DNA of 64,000 nt, taken from the NCBI RefSeq assembly GCF_044704955.1, contig NC_091999.1, positions 31,434,001-31,498,000 on the forward strand, written 5' to 3'. The stretch is from Pristiophorus japonicus (Eukaryota). Positions 24,670-38,659 of the stretch are shown here, piece by piece (position 1 is the stretch's first letter; each line of letters opens with the position of its first letter). A model generated the notes under the pieces. The model was not told the DNA's origin and did no database searches. It saw only the letters and a list, made by a program, of their open reading frames with translations. A program made the position numbers and the translations under genes.

Positions 24670-25377
24670 CTGCGAAACAGAAATGAAAGTCAGGAAAAGC
24701 CGCATCTTCAGAATCAGGACACCAATAATTAGCTTTAAATCTTTCAATGGGAATAATTCACTTTTGGGATATCAACCTCTCGCTATTGCTTGAACACCGT
24801 CGTTATGGAAGGACAATGAATTGGCAACGATTCCGGGAGGTCTGTAATATTTCCTGTGTATTTGAGCCAGAGCCACCTGTAATGGGCTGTGAACCAAATA
24901 CCTGGCGTAAAATGGGAATACATTGGGACGCAATTGTGATAGGCACTGAATAGCGCTCTTCCTGAAATCCCTTGCTCCTTTACGCCCGTCTATAGATTCT
25001 TGCACCCAAGTGCATCTCCACTGGTTATAATAGCTGAAGCCCGAATAGCCCCAAGTTCAAGAGGTCTACACCAGCATTATACTGATTCAAAACCAGTGTG
25101 AAATTAATTGCAGGATTTATGGGACAACAGGAAACAAAGTTAAGTTTCTAGTCTTTTGCTGCTATTTTTGTTGCGATGAAAATGTGCAGGAACCAGTCAC
25201 ATCCCCCGTCAGAGGAGAAGTGCAAGGTCCGGAGAATGGAGTTGCAAGGAATCTTTTGTTGTGGGGCATCATTTGTAATGAGGTGAGGTAGTTTGTTAAT
25301 ATCTGTAATTACTGAACATTTATCATGTCTGGTGAGAGAGATTCAGAAAGCACGATGACCTCAGGGCATTAATAGCA

Positions 25378-25868
25378 ACATAGGAATAGGAGAAGGCCAT
25401 TCAGTCCATCCATCCTGTCCCGCCATCCAGTTAGATCATGGCTGATCAACACTCAACACCATCTTCACGCCTTGGTTATGTAACCCATGATAAACTTGCC
25501 GAACAAAAATCTATCAATTTCAGTTTTCAACGTTTCAATTGAAAGCAAGTGTCAGCAGCTTTTGGGGAGGGAAATCCCGACTTGCACTATTCTTCCTGTG
25601 AGAAAATCCTTTCTGACATCCCCTCTGCACGGCCTAACTCTAATGTTAAGGTTCTGCTACTTGTTGTGGACTCTCCCATGAAACTAAATAAAAGTTTCTA
25701 TATCTACTCGATACAATTCCATTTATCAACTTAAACACGTCAATTGGATCATCTCTTAACGTTCTATACTCGCCACCTGATCATTTTGCATTATTAGCCC
25801 CGGTATAATTCGGGTAAACCTGCAGTTTAGCACCTCCACGTATATCCTTCCTCAGGTGCGGAGCCCAG
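25378..25868 (-). mobile_element. CR1 3' fragment
   Basis: Typical CR1 3' end in reverse (taggaataggagaaggccattcag...). Confidence 0.75.
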
Positions 25869-25869
25869 A

Positions 25870-26390
25870 ATCCAGGAGGATTTCCTGGAGTGCATAAGGG
25901 ATGGTTTTTTACACCAATATGTCGAGGAACCAACTAGGGGGTGGCCATCTTAGACTGGGTGTTGTGTAATGAGAGAGGATTAATTAGCAATCTCGTTGTG
26001 CGAGGCCCCTTGGGGAAGAGTGACCATAATATGGTGGAATTCTGCATTAGGATGGACAATGAAACAGTTAATTCAGAGACCATGGTCCAGAACTTAAAGA
26101 AGGGTAACTTTGAAGGTATGAGGCGTGAATTGGCTAGGATAGATTGGCGAATGATACTTAAGGGGTTGACTGTGCATGGGCAATGGCAGACATTTAGAGA
26201 CCGCATGGATGAACTACAACAATTGTACATTCCTGTCTGGCGTAAAAATAAAAAAGGGAAGGTGGCTCAACCGTGGCTATCAAGGGAAATCATGGATAGT
26301 ATTAAAGCCAAGGAAGTGGCATACAAATTGGCCAGAAATAGCAGCGAACCCGGGGACTGGGAGAAATTTAGAACTCAGCAGAGGAGGACA
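25870..26390 (+). mobile_element. CR1 endonuclease-region fragment
   Basis: ILDWVLCNE...PLGKSDHNMVEF; homologous to 35890-36400. Confidence 0.9.
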
Positions 26391-27780
26391 GTAAAATATA
26401 GCCTAATTTACAATTCTGGTGTATTCATGTCCCACAACTCCAGAGTCCAATTAAAAGGACTTCAAAAACCCAATTTCCGGTATTATACGGCCGATGCACT
26501 GGCAGCATGCTTCAAGAGTGAAAAACAATCTCGGGGTCCTGGTTGATAGTGGCTGCTGATTTTTGTTTTACATCATTCCAATTGCTCCACCTCATCCTAC
26601 CTCACAGTACTCCTCAGTTGTTGATGTGGAAAGAAACTACCCTGGGTCGTGGGCAGGTTATGATGTGAGAAACGTTATTACAAGCATGCAGGGGAGAGAA
26701 TATTAGCAAAGACTCTCTCTGATAAACAATTACATCAGGTTTTATAAATGATTGTGCGGAAGTGTAAGCTTGACAATTTACAATGATAAAAAACATCTCT
26801 ATATGTCTGTGACTAGCAGCTGTTCAACTGTTGGCTCTGCCCATGTGACTGGTTAATGTCTACGCCCATGTCTCTTCCAAAGCAAGATCAGAGTCTCGCA
26901 CGTAGGCTTTGGAAGATGCTTTCCGTTATCTCAAATATTTCAGTTTCAAGACATTTACATCTCACCTTCTGTGGTTCTTCAACCACCATATCTGAAGTCA
27001 CAAGTTGAACTTTCTGTCCTTTGTTCTAAACTGCTAAGCCTGCAGTTTTAACATGTTTAGCTTACAAATGGCCAAACGAAACGTCATGCCTTACGATGAC
27101 AATAGCTTGTTACTAACATAGCTACAGCATCCATTAAAATGTCATTCTGACTTGCACGTGATGGAATAATCACAGGTTATCAACACATCAGCACATTAAG
27201 AAATGCTACTATCCTATTAGCGCTTTAAGGCAGCTCCAGACCCTCGAGGTCGCCACATCAGCTTTTTCTCAACATGTAAATAATATATTACAATCATCGT
27301 AAGTTACATTTATTCTGAAACTCCACCATTTATTTTGAATTTGCATCAATTATCATACTGATCAAAAAAATTTATGTTAAATTTGTAAAATTTACGCCAC
27401 AATTTAAGCAAGTGGTACATTGTATCGTCAACAAACTCTACAACGTTGGACAGCTGCTGTGAAGCTGATGGACTGATGGTCGTTGCAGGTTCTTTCAAGT
27501 CCTCCATTTCAGTTCTTGCATTTTGCCCATATCCGTACAGTGTACAGACCTGCTTTGGTTTCAAAGGGACAAGAGAATATTCCAGAACAAGTCCCATTTG
27601 TGAATCCCTCTCCATTCCCCTGCCCAGTGTCCAGTACGCAAGTTGGTGATTGGTTCGCAGAAATAATGAGCATCATAACAGTGGGAATATCTCCAACAAG
27701 GTTTAGACATATATAGAGTTACATAAATATAATGACCAGGGATTTCCGTGGCATTTAATGCATACATGGTGCCTATGTGG
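26391..27780 (-). mobile_element. Possible LTR plus adjacent internal remnant of an unclassified element
   Basis: The CR1 breaks abruptly at 26390. About 0.9 kb of noncoding block with TATA-like TTATAAAA (-) and a purine-rich run near 27320-27340, adjoining coding-like sequence. Confidence 0.35.
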
Positions 27781-28224
27781 CCATAAGTTCCACGCAAGTT
27801 CCAGCTTTCTGGGAGTGATGTGCATTCATGAAAACCCAGAAATTGCAATCTGTCAAGATTTTGCTTGACAGATCGGCCGCATCCCTGGGAAATGGACATT
27901 TGATGGTGGAGATTTTGGCTATTTGCCTAGCGAATGCCCATGAAAATCTTGCACCTGTTAAAAGGAGGCAGAGTGTTTTATTTTACCAGTGTAAGATTGC
28001 AGTTATTATTCAAATATATTTTAATCATTTAAACATAATAAAACCTTTAAAAGTTATTATGTTAACTTAACTTCTTGAAAACGTTTAAATTTATTTTTCA
28101 AAAAGTTAAATATTTGTTTAAAATGTTTACTTTAATTGTATTTTAATTCATTTTGATGTATTGCTTGAGTTATAATTAAAAGGTGTGTAGTTCTGTTTTT
28201 AGGGGGTTCCTATTTTCTTCTCTT

Positions 28225-31200
28225 AGGCAGAGCCCAGAGTTGAGGATGACTTGCTTCCACACTAAAATGGGTTCGAAGGTGACTGCTGAGAACAATGCTG
28301 GATTTAGAGTCTCTCTCACAGGTGGGGCAGAGGGTTTTTGGAGGGAGTGGTGGGTGGGGTGCTTGATTTGTCGTTCACTCCTTCCGCTCTTTATAATTGG
28401 CTTCTACTTGATCACGGCGGAGAAACTTGAAGTCCTTGGTGCCTTGTAGGATTCTTCTGATCCACTTGGGCCAGGTATTCCCAAGGGTCAGTGGGGATGC
28501 TAATTTTTATCAAGGAGGCTTTGATGGTGTCGTTGAAGCGTTTTCTCTGCCCTCCTCGACCTCGCCTGCTGTGACATAGCTCAGAGTAGAATGCTTGTTT
28601 CGGAACTCTAGTATCAGACATGCGGACAATGTGGCCCGTCTATCGGAGCTGATCGAGCATATTAAATGCCACGATGCAAGGGAATTTGGCCTGAGAGAGA
28701 ACCCTGATGTTGGTGCGCTTATCCTGCCAATAAGTTCGCATGATCTCGCAGAGGAAGCGTTGGTGCTACTTCTCCAGTGCTTTGAGGTGCCTACTGTACA
28801 TAGTCCATGTCTCTGAAGCATAGAAGAGGGCGGATACCACGACTGTTGCCTGTTTCTGGGATTGAGATCTTGGTGTTTGAACACTCTTTTCCTCAATCGA
28901 CCAAAGGCTCCACTGGCGCATTGAATAATGTGATGGACTTCGTCATCGATGTCTATCCTTGCTGATAGTAGGCTCCCAAGTAATGGGAAGTGGTCCCGAT
29001 TGTCAAAGATCCCGACATGGATCTTGATAATCGAGGAGCAGTACTGTGTAGCGGGGTCGGGTTGCTGGAGAACGTTTGTCATACTGATGCTTAATGAAAG
29101 GCCCACTCTCTCGTATGCTCCAGTGAAATGTCAATGATGGTTTGGTGTATGGGCTCTGAATGTGCACAAATGCAAGCAACGTCTGAATACTGTAATTCAA
29201 TGAAAGAGGCTGGACCTACCTTGGATCTGTACCGGAGGCGTCACAAGTTGAACAATTTCCTGCTTGTCCATTAGATTAACTACACACCAGTGGCGAGATT
29301 TTTAAAGGTGACGTGAAGCATTGCAGCGAGGAAGATTGAGAAGAGCGTCCTTGTGATGACACAGCCTTGCTTAACCTCCTTCTGCACTTATATTGTGTTT
29401 GTAGTAGATCCTTTGGTGACAAATTTCAGAGGAGATCCAAATTTTAGAATGACTGATGTGGAGTATTAAAAAAGATACTCGATACAAGTTTGTCCATGTT
29501 TCTGTTTTTATACAGTCAAAATACATACAAAATCATAAAGTTCCATGTGGAGGCTTTCCATTTTTTGTTTCCCTGCTGCGTCACAAAATTTTCGCCTACC
29601 TACTACGATTACAAATATTAATTGTTTAAGACAATTACTTTGAAAGCAAGCTTCGTTACGTCCTCTGTGCACTTTTTATCTGATAAGTTAAGTGTCACAT
29701 CATTCTTAGCTCTTCTCCTCTTTGCCTAACTGCTTTGAATCAGGTGAGATATTCTTCAATCATCTTTTGTTACCCGTATTCTCTTACTACCCCATGTAAC
29801 CTAGCCTTGGAATGTATTTTTCCCAACTGTCTGGTTTATACTGTGATAAGATGATCTATCTTCCTGAGCATTCCAGTTCTATCATTTTCCCTATGTTCGT
29901 AGCACGTATTTTTTTCTCTTACAAACTTGCTTTTAATTTTTAGCTTTACTTAATTAGGTCCCCTTATTAACCAATTAGGTTCACGCTACATATTTTTTTT
30001 CTACAATGACACTCCATAATCCCTCATGGTTGACGGATTCGGAGACCTTTGTGAGAGCAAAGTAAGCGATGTACAGAGATTGAAGTAGCTCCATACATTT
30101 TTCGTGGAATTGTCACACGGTGAATATCATGCCCATTGTGCCCCTTAGTTTGTGGAATCCGCATTTTGACTGTGGGAGGAGCTCTTCAGTCATTGGGAGG
30201 AGATAATTGAGGATGACTTGTGCGATAACTTTTCCTGCGGATTTCTGTAATTACTGCAATCGGACTTGTCACCTTTCTTGAAGATGGGCACGATTACGGC
30301 ATCTTTGAGAGGCCCTGGTATGCTCTCCTCCTTCCAGTTAAGGGATATGAGGACATGAATTCGGGCCAAGTGTATTACTCCACCATGTGTTAGTGCTTCG
30401 GTGGGGATTCCTGAGGCCTTGTTGTTCTTTAGTTGTCAGATAGCTTTTTCACTCTCGTGCTGGGCCAGGATTTTACCGATGTGGTGACGGGTTATATGTT
30501 GTGGGATGGGGTCAAGGACACTCACATCAAAGACAGAGGCTTGGTTGAGGTGATCCACGAAGTGCTCCTTCCAGCGGCTAATGACTGCCTCTATGTCCAT
30601 GATGAGCACTCCTCCATTCTAGGCTCTCAGTAGAATCGGACAGTGTGCTTGGGCCGTAGGTGATCTTGATTGTGCTAAAAAAATATCCACGCACGTCATG
30701 ATTGTCAGCTAATTGCTGGATCTCCTGCGCGTTTTCCACCCACCATCTGTTCTTATGTCACGAGTTTTTTGTTGTACCTCAGCCTTTACTTGTCTCTAGA
30801 ACTGCTTGCTTTCACTCGAGTTGTGGTGTTGTTTCCAATTCAGAAATGATTTGCGTTTGCGGTTTATTAGCTCCTGGATCTCTTGGTCATTCGCATCGAA
30901 CCAGTTTTGATATTTTCTGGTATTGTAGCCAAGAGTTTATTCGCAGATGCTAATTTTAGTGGATTTAGGCAGAACAGGCACGATGGACACTCTGCGGCTT
31001 TGGTTGATTGGAAGTCGTTAGGTAGGCTGTGAGCAGTTGGCTGATTAGGACTTTCTTTGCAGGGTCTTTGAGAGCTTCAATGTTGATTTTTTACGGCAGC
31101 ATTTATGTTGCCCCTGCTGTTTTGAGGCTGTATTGATGGAGATAATAGAGCGGATTAGGCGGTGGTCAATCCAGCAGTCAGTAGCTCCTGTCATGTCATG

Positions 31201-31690
31201 AGTGATGCGGACATCCTTGTGGTCCCTCACTCGGATGCCAGTGCCTGGAGCGAGGGTGTTGCCTTGTGGCCTTGTAGTTGTCATTCTGACGAAACAAGGT
31301 GTTGGATATGACAAGACCATGTTATAAGCAATTCCTCAGGAGGAGAATCCCATTGGAGTTGGTTTTCCCTACTCCTTCCCTGGCAATCACTCCTCTCATG
31401 AGGTCTGTGTCCTTTGCAACTCTGCCGTTAAAGTCATCAAGGAGAATCAGCGTGTTGCCTGTTGGGAGTCGGGACAGGGATTGTTCCAGGCTGGAGTAGA
31501 ATTCCTCTTTGTTCCTGTCCGTAGTTTCCAGGGTTGATGCGTATGCCCCATTGAGATGGTGTTCTTCTTCTGGTGTGCCGTTTGAGAATGTGTATCAACC
31601 ACCTTGTTCCTTCAGCTGACCTTGTCCTGCCCACTGTGAGGCACAGCATAGAAGCCAAGTCGTTGAAGCCAAGACAGGCAATAAAGTTGG
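28225..31690 (-). mobile_element. RTE-clade LINE, decayed, interrupted by a solo LTR
   Basis: C-terminal PKQAFYSEL...GGQRKRFNDTIKASL, FPLLGSLLS, DCWIDHRLIRS, and N-terminal endonuclease GQGQLKEQGG. Confidence 0.85.
29454..30005. mobile_element. Solo LTR (552 bp) with 5-bp TSD ATGAC
   Basis: TG...CA termini; ATGAC at 29449-29453 and 30006-30010; the RTE sequence resumes on both sides. Confidence 0.85.
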
Positions 31691-32207
31691 CATCCCGGGA
31701 AGGTTCATCACAAACCAGCAGTGAGGTCGGAGTCTGAGGCCAACAGCAAGGTCGGTACTCGAGGATGGTAAGGTACGGAACAACAGGGTGATCGGGACCC
31801 AGGGAAGGTACAGCACGGTCCAACAGGTAGGTTGCGACCAGGAAAGGTATAGCACGGACCAACAAGGAGATCGGGACCAAGGGAAGATAAAGAAAATACC
31901 AGCAGGGAGGTCGCCACAGGTGGCTAGCAGCATGGCCGGGACCCGAGGCGAGCAGCGAGGTCGAGACACGAGGCCAGAATGTACGTGGTCACTAGAAAAC
32001 AACCAACGACAAAAGTGTGAGCTGTTGGAGAGAGAATCGGAAAGCGCAGGAGAGTCACGTGCTGGAGCTGGTGCCGGGGTGGGGGGCGTGGCACTGTGTC
32101 AGTATACTATGCACAAGTCCGCAAACTGCTTCACGATTAAGGTGCTAACCTACACTGTGATCTCTGAAAACCAGGTAGAGAGGACGTGACAGAGCAGGTC
32201 AGTAGGA

Positions 32208-34200
32208 ACATCGAAGCATAGAAACATAGAAAATAGCTGCAGGCGTAGGCCATTCGGACCTTCGAGCCTGCACCACCATTAAATAAGATCACGGCTGAAC
32301 ATTCACCTCAATACCCATTTCCTGCCTTCTCTCCATACCCCTTGCTCCCTTTAGCAATAAGGTCCATATTCAACTCCCGCCTGAATATATCTAACGAACT
32401 GGCATCAACAACACCCTGCGGAAAAGAATTCCACAGGAGAGCAACTCTCTGAGTGAAGCAGTTTCTCCTCATCTCGGTCCTAAATGGCTTACTCCTTAAC
32501 CTTAGACGCTGATCTCTGGTTCTGAGCTCCCCCAACATCGTGAGCATTCTTTCTGCATTTAACCTGTCCGGTCCCGTCAGAATTTAGTATGTTTGTAGGA
32601 GATCCCCTCTCATTCTTCTAAACTCCAGCGAATAGAAGACCAGTCGATCCAGTCTCTCCTCAGATGTCAGTCCTGCCATCCCGGGCATCAGTCTGGTGAA
32701 CCTGCGCTGCACTCGCTCAATAGCAAGAACTTCCTTCCTCAGATTAGGAGACCAAAAGTGAACACAATATTCCAAGTGAGGCCTCACCAAGGCCCTGTAG
32801 AGCTGCAGGAAGACTTCCCTGTTCCGATACTCAAATCCCTAGCTCTGAACGCCAAAATGCCATTTGCCTTCTTCACCACTTGCTGCACCTGCATTTCAAG
32901 CATCAATGACTTACGTACCATGACACGCAGGTCTTGTTGCACCTCCCCTTTACATAATCTGCCACCATTCAGATAATATTCTGGCTTCACGTTTTTTCCA
33001 CCAAATTGGATAACCGCACATTTATCCACATTATACTGCATCTGTGATGCATTTGCTTACTCACCTAACCTGTCCGAGTCATCCTGCAGTCTCTTAGCAT
33101 CCTCCTCACAGGTCACACCACCACCCAGCTTAGTGTCATCTGCAAGCTTGGAGATATTACTCTCAATTCCTGCATCTAAATCATTGATGTATGTTGTAAA
33201 TATCTGTGATCCCAGCACTGACCCCTGTGGCACCCCACTAGTCACTGCCTGCAATTCTGAAATGGACACGATTAACCCAACGCTCTGCTTCCTTTCTGCT
33301 AACCATTTCTCTATCCACGTCAATACATTGCTCCCAATACCATGTGCTTTACTTTTGCACACCAATCTCTTGTGTGGGACCTTGTCAAAAGCCTTTTGAA
33401 AGTCCAAATACATCACATCCACTGGTCCTCCCTTGTCCACTCCACTAGTTACATCTTCAAAAAGTCTAAAAGATTCTTCAAGCATGATTTCCCTTTCCTA
33501 AATCCATGCTGACTTGGAGCGCTCCTTTCACTGATTTCAAAATGCCACTAATTCATCTTTAACAATTGATTCCAACAGTTCCCCCAATACTTATGTCAGG
33601 CTAATTGGTCTATAATTTCCCCTTTTCTCTCTCCCTCCTTTTTTAAAAAGTGGTGTTACATTAACTACCCTCCAGTCCATAGGAACTAATCCAGAGCCGA
33701 TAGACTGTTGGAAAATTATCATCGATGCATCCATTATTTCTTGGGTCACTTCCGTAAGTACTCGTGGGATGCAGACTATCAGGCCCTGGGAATTTATCGG
33801 CCTTCAACCCCGTCAATTTCCCTTACACAATTTCCTGCCAAATAAGAATTTCCTTCAGTTCCTCCTTCTCGCTAGACCATCGAGAAGGAGGAACTAGTAT
33901 TTCTGAAACGTTCGTTGTGTCTTCCTCAGTGAAGTCAGAACAAAAGTATTTGTTCAATTGATCTGCCATTTCTTTGTTTCCCATTATAAATTCACTTGAT
34001 TCTGATTGAAAGGGGCCTACGTTTGTCTTCACTAATCTTTTCCTCCTTGCATATCTATAGAAGCTTTTGTAGTCAGTTTTTCTGTTCCCAGAAAGCTTCC
34101 TCTCTTAATCTATTTTCCCCAGCCGAAATTGACCCTTTGTCCTCCTCTGCTGAATTGTAAATTTCTCCCAGTCGTCAGGTTTGCTGCTTTTTCTGGCCAT
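32208..34200 (-). mobile_element. 5'-truncated CR1 LINE
   Basis: [33 protein letters not shown] and RPHLEYC; tail of catagaaa repeats on the + strand. Confidence 0.95.
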
Positions 34201-34494
34201 GTCCAACAGGCACATTCCTATTTATGTTTTTAGTGATTCCATAAGTTAGTGGAATCTCCATGATCATAACTGGGATTCACTTTTTGATTGGTCGGCCTGG
34301 CCCAATGATCCCAGGGTCACATGCTAAACGCGTGCACCCCTGGGATATGTGGACCTTTATGCATGCGTACCTGTAGAGGCCGAGGAGCGCCAGTGTTCGA
34401 ACTTCCGTGACCATCAGTTAGGTTCGTATTTTCTTGTGGTTCAGAGGCATTCGACCATGGGAAAGCTCTGACCGAAAATTCAGGCCAATAATAT

Positions 34495-34810
34495 TCGATA
34501 GAGACAGATCGATAGAAGGAGTGATGGAGACAGATAGATGGATAGACAGATTTAGAAAACAACATATAAAGAAAGTTAGAAAGAGAGATAGATAGATTAT
34601 GGAGATAGATAAATATGTAGATAATGGTAGAAGGATTCTGTGTGAGAGATATTAATCGATGCATCAACAGAAACATACATAGAAAGATGGAAAGTGGTGG
34701 ATGGTTGGATAGATATGCACATGGTTAAACTGTACTTGTAGTGATACGCGGAAAGATAAATCAACAGAGAACAAATTTATGAGTAAGTAACATTGATAGA
34801 TAAATGTAAT
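34495..34810. repeat. Degenerate (GATA)n microsatellite
   Basis: gatagatggatagacagat-type runs. Confidence 0.75.
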
Positions 34811-35051
34811 CATTCGTTCGTGATAGACACACAAGCTAAGTTTGGACTGATTTCACTTCAGGCAAGTTCAATCTGCTATAATTTGTAGCATATTTGCTCA
34901 GCCGCAATTACTGGCCCAAACAGTGTTGCTCCTGATGTCCGTGTCTTCAGCACATTCTCTCCGAACTTAATGTGGAAAAGCAGATTGTAAGTTCTTACAC
35001 TCTAACTCAGACCCTGCTGATGTGAGCGTGTGGATTACTGTTCGGAGCATG

Positions 35052-38000
35052 TTACACAGTGCAGCAGCGCGATCGCCATTCAAAGCTCTGCGACCTGAAA
35101 ATGTACAGCAAGGGATTGAGGAAGGCAATGAATGAAGTGAGGGTCCAGTTCTAAAATTCACCATTGCCCCTGTAAAAAAAACTGAGAATGGATCCGCTGG
35201 ATCTAGCAAATCCTTTATCTCAAAATACAATCAAAATACAATTCAGGGATGTGATAAGGGTCAAAGCAGAAAAGAAGAAACAAAATTACACGAATGTACT
35301 TCAGCACTTTCTTCTTCATCAGCTCCATAGATTCCTTCTCAGCTCCCGGTTCTATCATTATTTTTGCGGTTAGGGTATAGCAGATCAACAACATCAGGAT
35401 TGGAAATAATTTAATTTCAAAAAATTGCATGAACATTTGCCACGATAATTGCATAAAGTTGCATGAAACCTTAGCAGCTAGTTCTCATTATGAAAAGGTT
35501 ATCAGACTCAGGGCCAAAACTGCCACTCAAATTGCATAGGCTAGAATGAGGTAGCATCGAGGCCTTCTCCAGACATGAGACCTAATGTGGTGGACAAAAA
35601 AATATATTGGTCAAGGAGATGGGGTAGCGTTGCTGGTTAAAGAGGAGATTAAAGCAATAGTAAAGAAGGACATTAGCTTGGATGATGCGGAATCTGTATG
35701 GGTAGAGCTGCGGAACACCAAAGGGCAGAAAACGCTAGTGGAATTTGTGTACGGACCACCAAACAATCATAGTGAGGTGGGGGTGGCATCAAACAGGAAA
35801 TTAGAGATGCGTGCAATAAACGTACAGCAGTTATCATGGGTGACTTTAATTTACATATAGATTGGGCTAACCAAACTGGTAGCAATATGGTGGAGGAGGA
35901 TTTCCTGGAGTGTATAAGCGATGGTTTTCTAGACCAATATGTCGAGGAATCAACTAGAGAGCTGGCCATCCTAGATTGTGTAATGAGAGAGGATTAATTA
36001 GCAATCTTGTTCTGCGAGGCCACTTGGGGAAGAGTGATCTTAATTTGATATAATTCTTCATTAAGATGGAGAGTGACACAGTTAATTCAGAGATTGGGTC
36101 CTGAAATTAAAGAATGTTAATTTCGATGGAATGAAACGGGTTGGCTAGGATAGACTGGCGAATGATACTTAAAGGGTTGACGGTGGATAGGCAATGGCAG
36201 ACTTTTAAAGATCACATGGATGAACTTCAATAATTACACATCCTTGTCTGGCATAAAAATAAAACGGGGAAAGTGGCTCAACCGTGGCTATCAAGTGAAA
36301 TTCGAGATTGTGTTAAATCCAAGGAAGAGGCATATAAACTGGCCAGAAAATCAGCAAACCTGAGCACTGGGAGAAATTTAGAATTCAGCTGAGGAGGACA
36401 AAGGATTTAATTAGGAGGGGGCAACTAGAGTATGAGAGGAAGCTTGCCGAGCACATGAAAACTGACTGCAAAGCTTCGATAGATATATAAAGAGAAAAAA
36501 ATTAGTTAGGACAAATGTAGGTCCCTTGCAGTCAGAATCAGGTGTTAGGGAAATTGATGGGATTGACGGCCGATAAAACCCCAGGGACTGATAGTCTGCA
36601 TCCCTGAGTATTTAAGGAAGTGGCCCTAGAAATAATGGATGCATTGGTGCTCATTTTCCAACATTCTATAGATTCTAGATCAGTTCCTATGGATTGGAGG
36701 ATAGCTAATGTAAACGCACGTTTTAAAAAAGGTGGGAGAGAGAAAACAGGGAATTATAGACCGGTTAGCCTGACATCGGGAGTGGGGAAAACGTTGTAAT
36801 CCATCATTGAAGATGTAATAGCAGCGCATTTGGAAAGCAGTGACAGGATCTGTCCAAGTCAGCATGGATTAATGAAAGGGAAATCACGTTTGCCAAATCG
36901 TCTAGAAGTTTTTTAGGATGTAACCAGTAGCGTGGAAAAGGGAGAACCAGTGGTTCTAATGTAGTTGGACTTTCAAACGGCTTTTGGCCAGGTCCCACAT
37001 AAGAGATTAGTGTGTAAAAATTAAAGCACATGGTATTGGGGGTAATGTATTGACGTAGATAGAGAACTGATTGGCAGACAGGAAGCAAAGAGTAGGAATA
37101 AACGGTTCCTTTTCAGAATTGCAGACAGTGACGAGTGGGGTACCTCAAGGTTCAGTGCTGCGACCTCAGCTAGTTACGATATACATTAATGATTTAGGCG
37201 AAGGAATTGAATGTAATATTTCCAAGTTTGCAGATGACACTAAGTTGGATGGCAGTGTGAGCTGTGAGGAGGATGGTAACAGGCTGCAGGGTGACTTGGA
37301 CAGGTTAGGTGAGTGGGCAGATGCAGTATAATATAGATAAATGTGAGGTTATCCACTTTGGTGACAAAAACAGTGAAGCAAAATATTACCTGAATGGTGA
37401 CAAATAAGAAAAGTGGAGGTGCAACGAGACCTGGGTGTCATGGTACATCAGTCATTGAAAGTTGGCATGAAGTTTCAGCAAGCGGTGAATTACATGTTGG
37501 CCTTCTTCGCGAGAGTTATTGAATATAAAAGCAGGGAGGTCTTACTGAAGTTGTACAAGGGCCACACCTTGATATATGTGTAGAGTTTTGGTCTCCTTAC
37601 CTGAGGAAGGACATTCTTGCTATTGAGGGAGTGCAGCGAAGGTTCAAAAGACAGATTCGCGGGATGGCAGAACTGACATATGAAGAAAGACTGGATCGAC
37701 TTGGCTTATATTCACTGGAATTTAGAAGAATGAGAGGGGATCTCATAGAAACATGTAAAATTCTGACGGGATTGGACAGGTTAGATGCAAGAAGCATGGT
37801 CCCGATGTTGTGGAAGTTCAGGACCATGAGTCTAAGGATAAGGGATAAGCCAATTAGGACCGAGATGAGAAGAAACTTCTTCACTCAGAGAAATGTGAAG
37901 CTGTGGAATTCTCTACCACAGAAAGTTGTTGAGGCCAGTTCGTTAGATATATTCAAAAGGGAGTTAGATGTGGCACTTGCAGCTAAAGGGATCAAGGGGT

Positions 38001-38472
38001 ATGGAGAGAAAGCGGGAATGGGGTAATGAAGTTGCATGATCAGCCATGATCATGTTGAATGGTGGTGCAGGCTCGAAGGGCCGAATGGCCTACATTTGCA
38101 CCTATATTCTATGTTTCTATGTAATAGCAATGCAGGTCATGAAAAGTGCGTTGCCATAAAGATTGATTGGACGCAAGAGGGCACTGACGTCACGGAATTA
38201 CTCCATAATCTGCTTCCAAGGATACATTGAATATGGGAAAGTATAGAGACCAGGATAATCAAGAAGTCGGTGATCATTAAATCCAGAAGGAGGACATCAC
38301 TTGCTTGTGAGACCTTCTTCATTCGTATGATGTGCCACAGTGCACTTGAGGTCCCCGTAATGCCCGATACAAGCACTAATACAAGGAAACAGGGAAGGGC
38401 GATGATTTTGATCTGAGCCACTTCGTCATAGGCGTTGTCCATCGAGGGCCCAGTCTGATTGGATGAGTTGAT
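35052..38472 (-). pseudogene. P2Y/LPAR-type (delta group) class A GPCR pseudogene split by a CR1
   Basis: N-half (38125-38472): NSSNQT, IIALPCFLVLVLVSGITG, DVLLLDLMITDFL, MTCIAI. C-half (35052-35588): LFPILMLLICY, FCFDPYHI, FLNPLLYIF...RCCTV*. Stops and frameshifts present; DRY region missing. Confidence 0.8.
35590..38121 (+). mobile_element. CR1 LINE (endonuclease to 3' tail)
   Basis: GDGVALLVKE, ESVWVEL, KFADDTKL; tail ttctatgtttctatg. Confidence 0.95.
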
Positions 38473-38659
38473 CTCCGACCAGGATCTGTTGACTTGCGTT
38501 CCAACTCTCAAAACTAACCATTTGATGTTGTGGCAAATAATAAAGAGCAACCAATCAAAATATGGGGTAAATTAAAGATATATTCTCCAAAAACAGTTGA
38601 TACTGCCCTGTAAGGTTATTTGTTGTTGAAGTTATCAGTTGCTTCTCCACCATGTTAAT

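Noticed and set aside
27670-27830. HE...VTLYMSKPCWRYSHC as an APOBEC/deaminase motif
   Set aside because: Spacing is wrong (no HxE, no PCxxC), and the HE part lies in what looks like a separate dispersed repeat.
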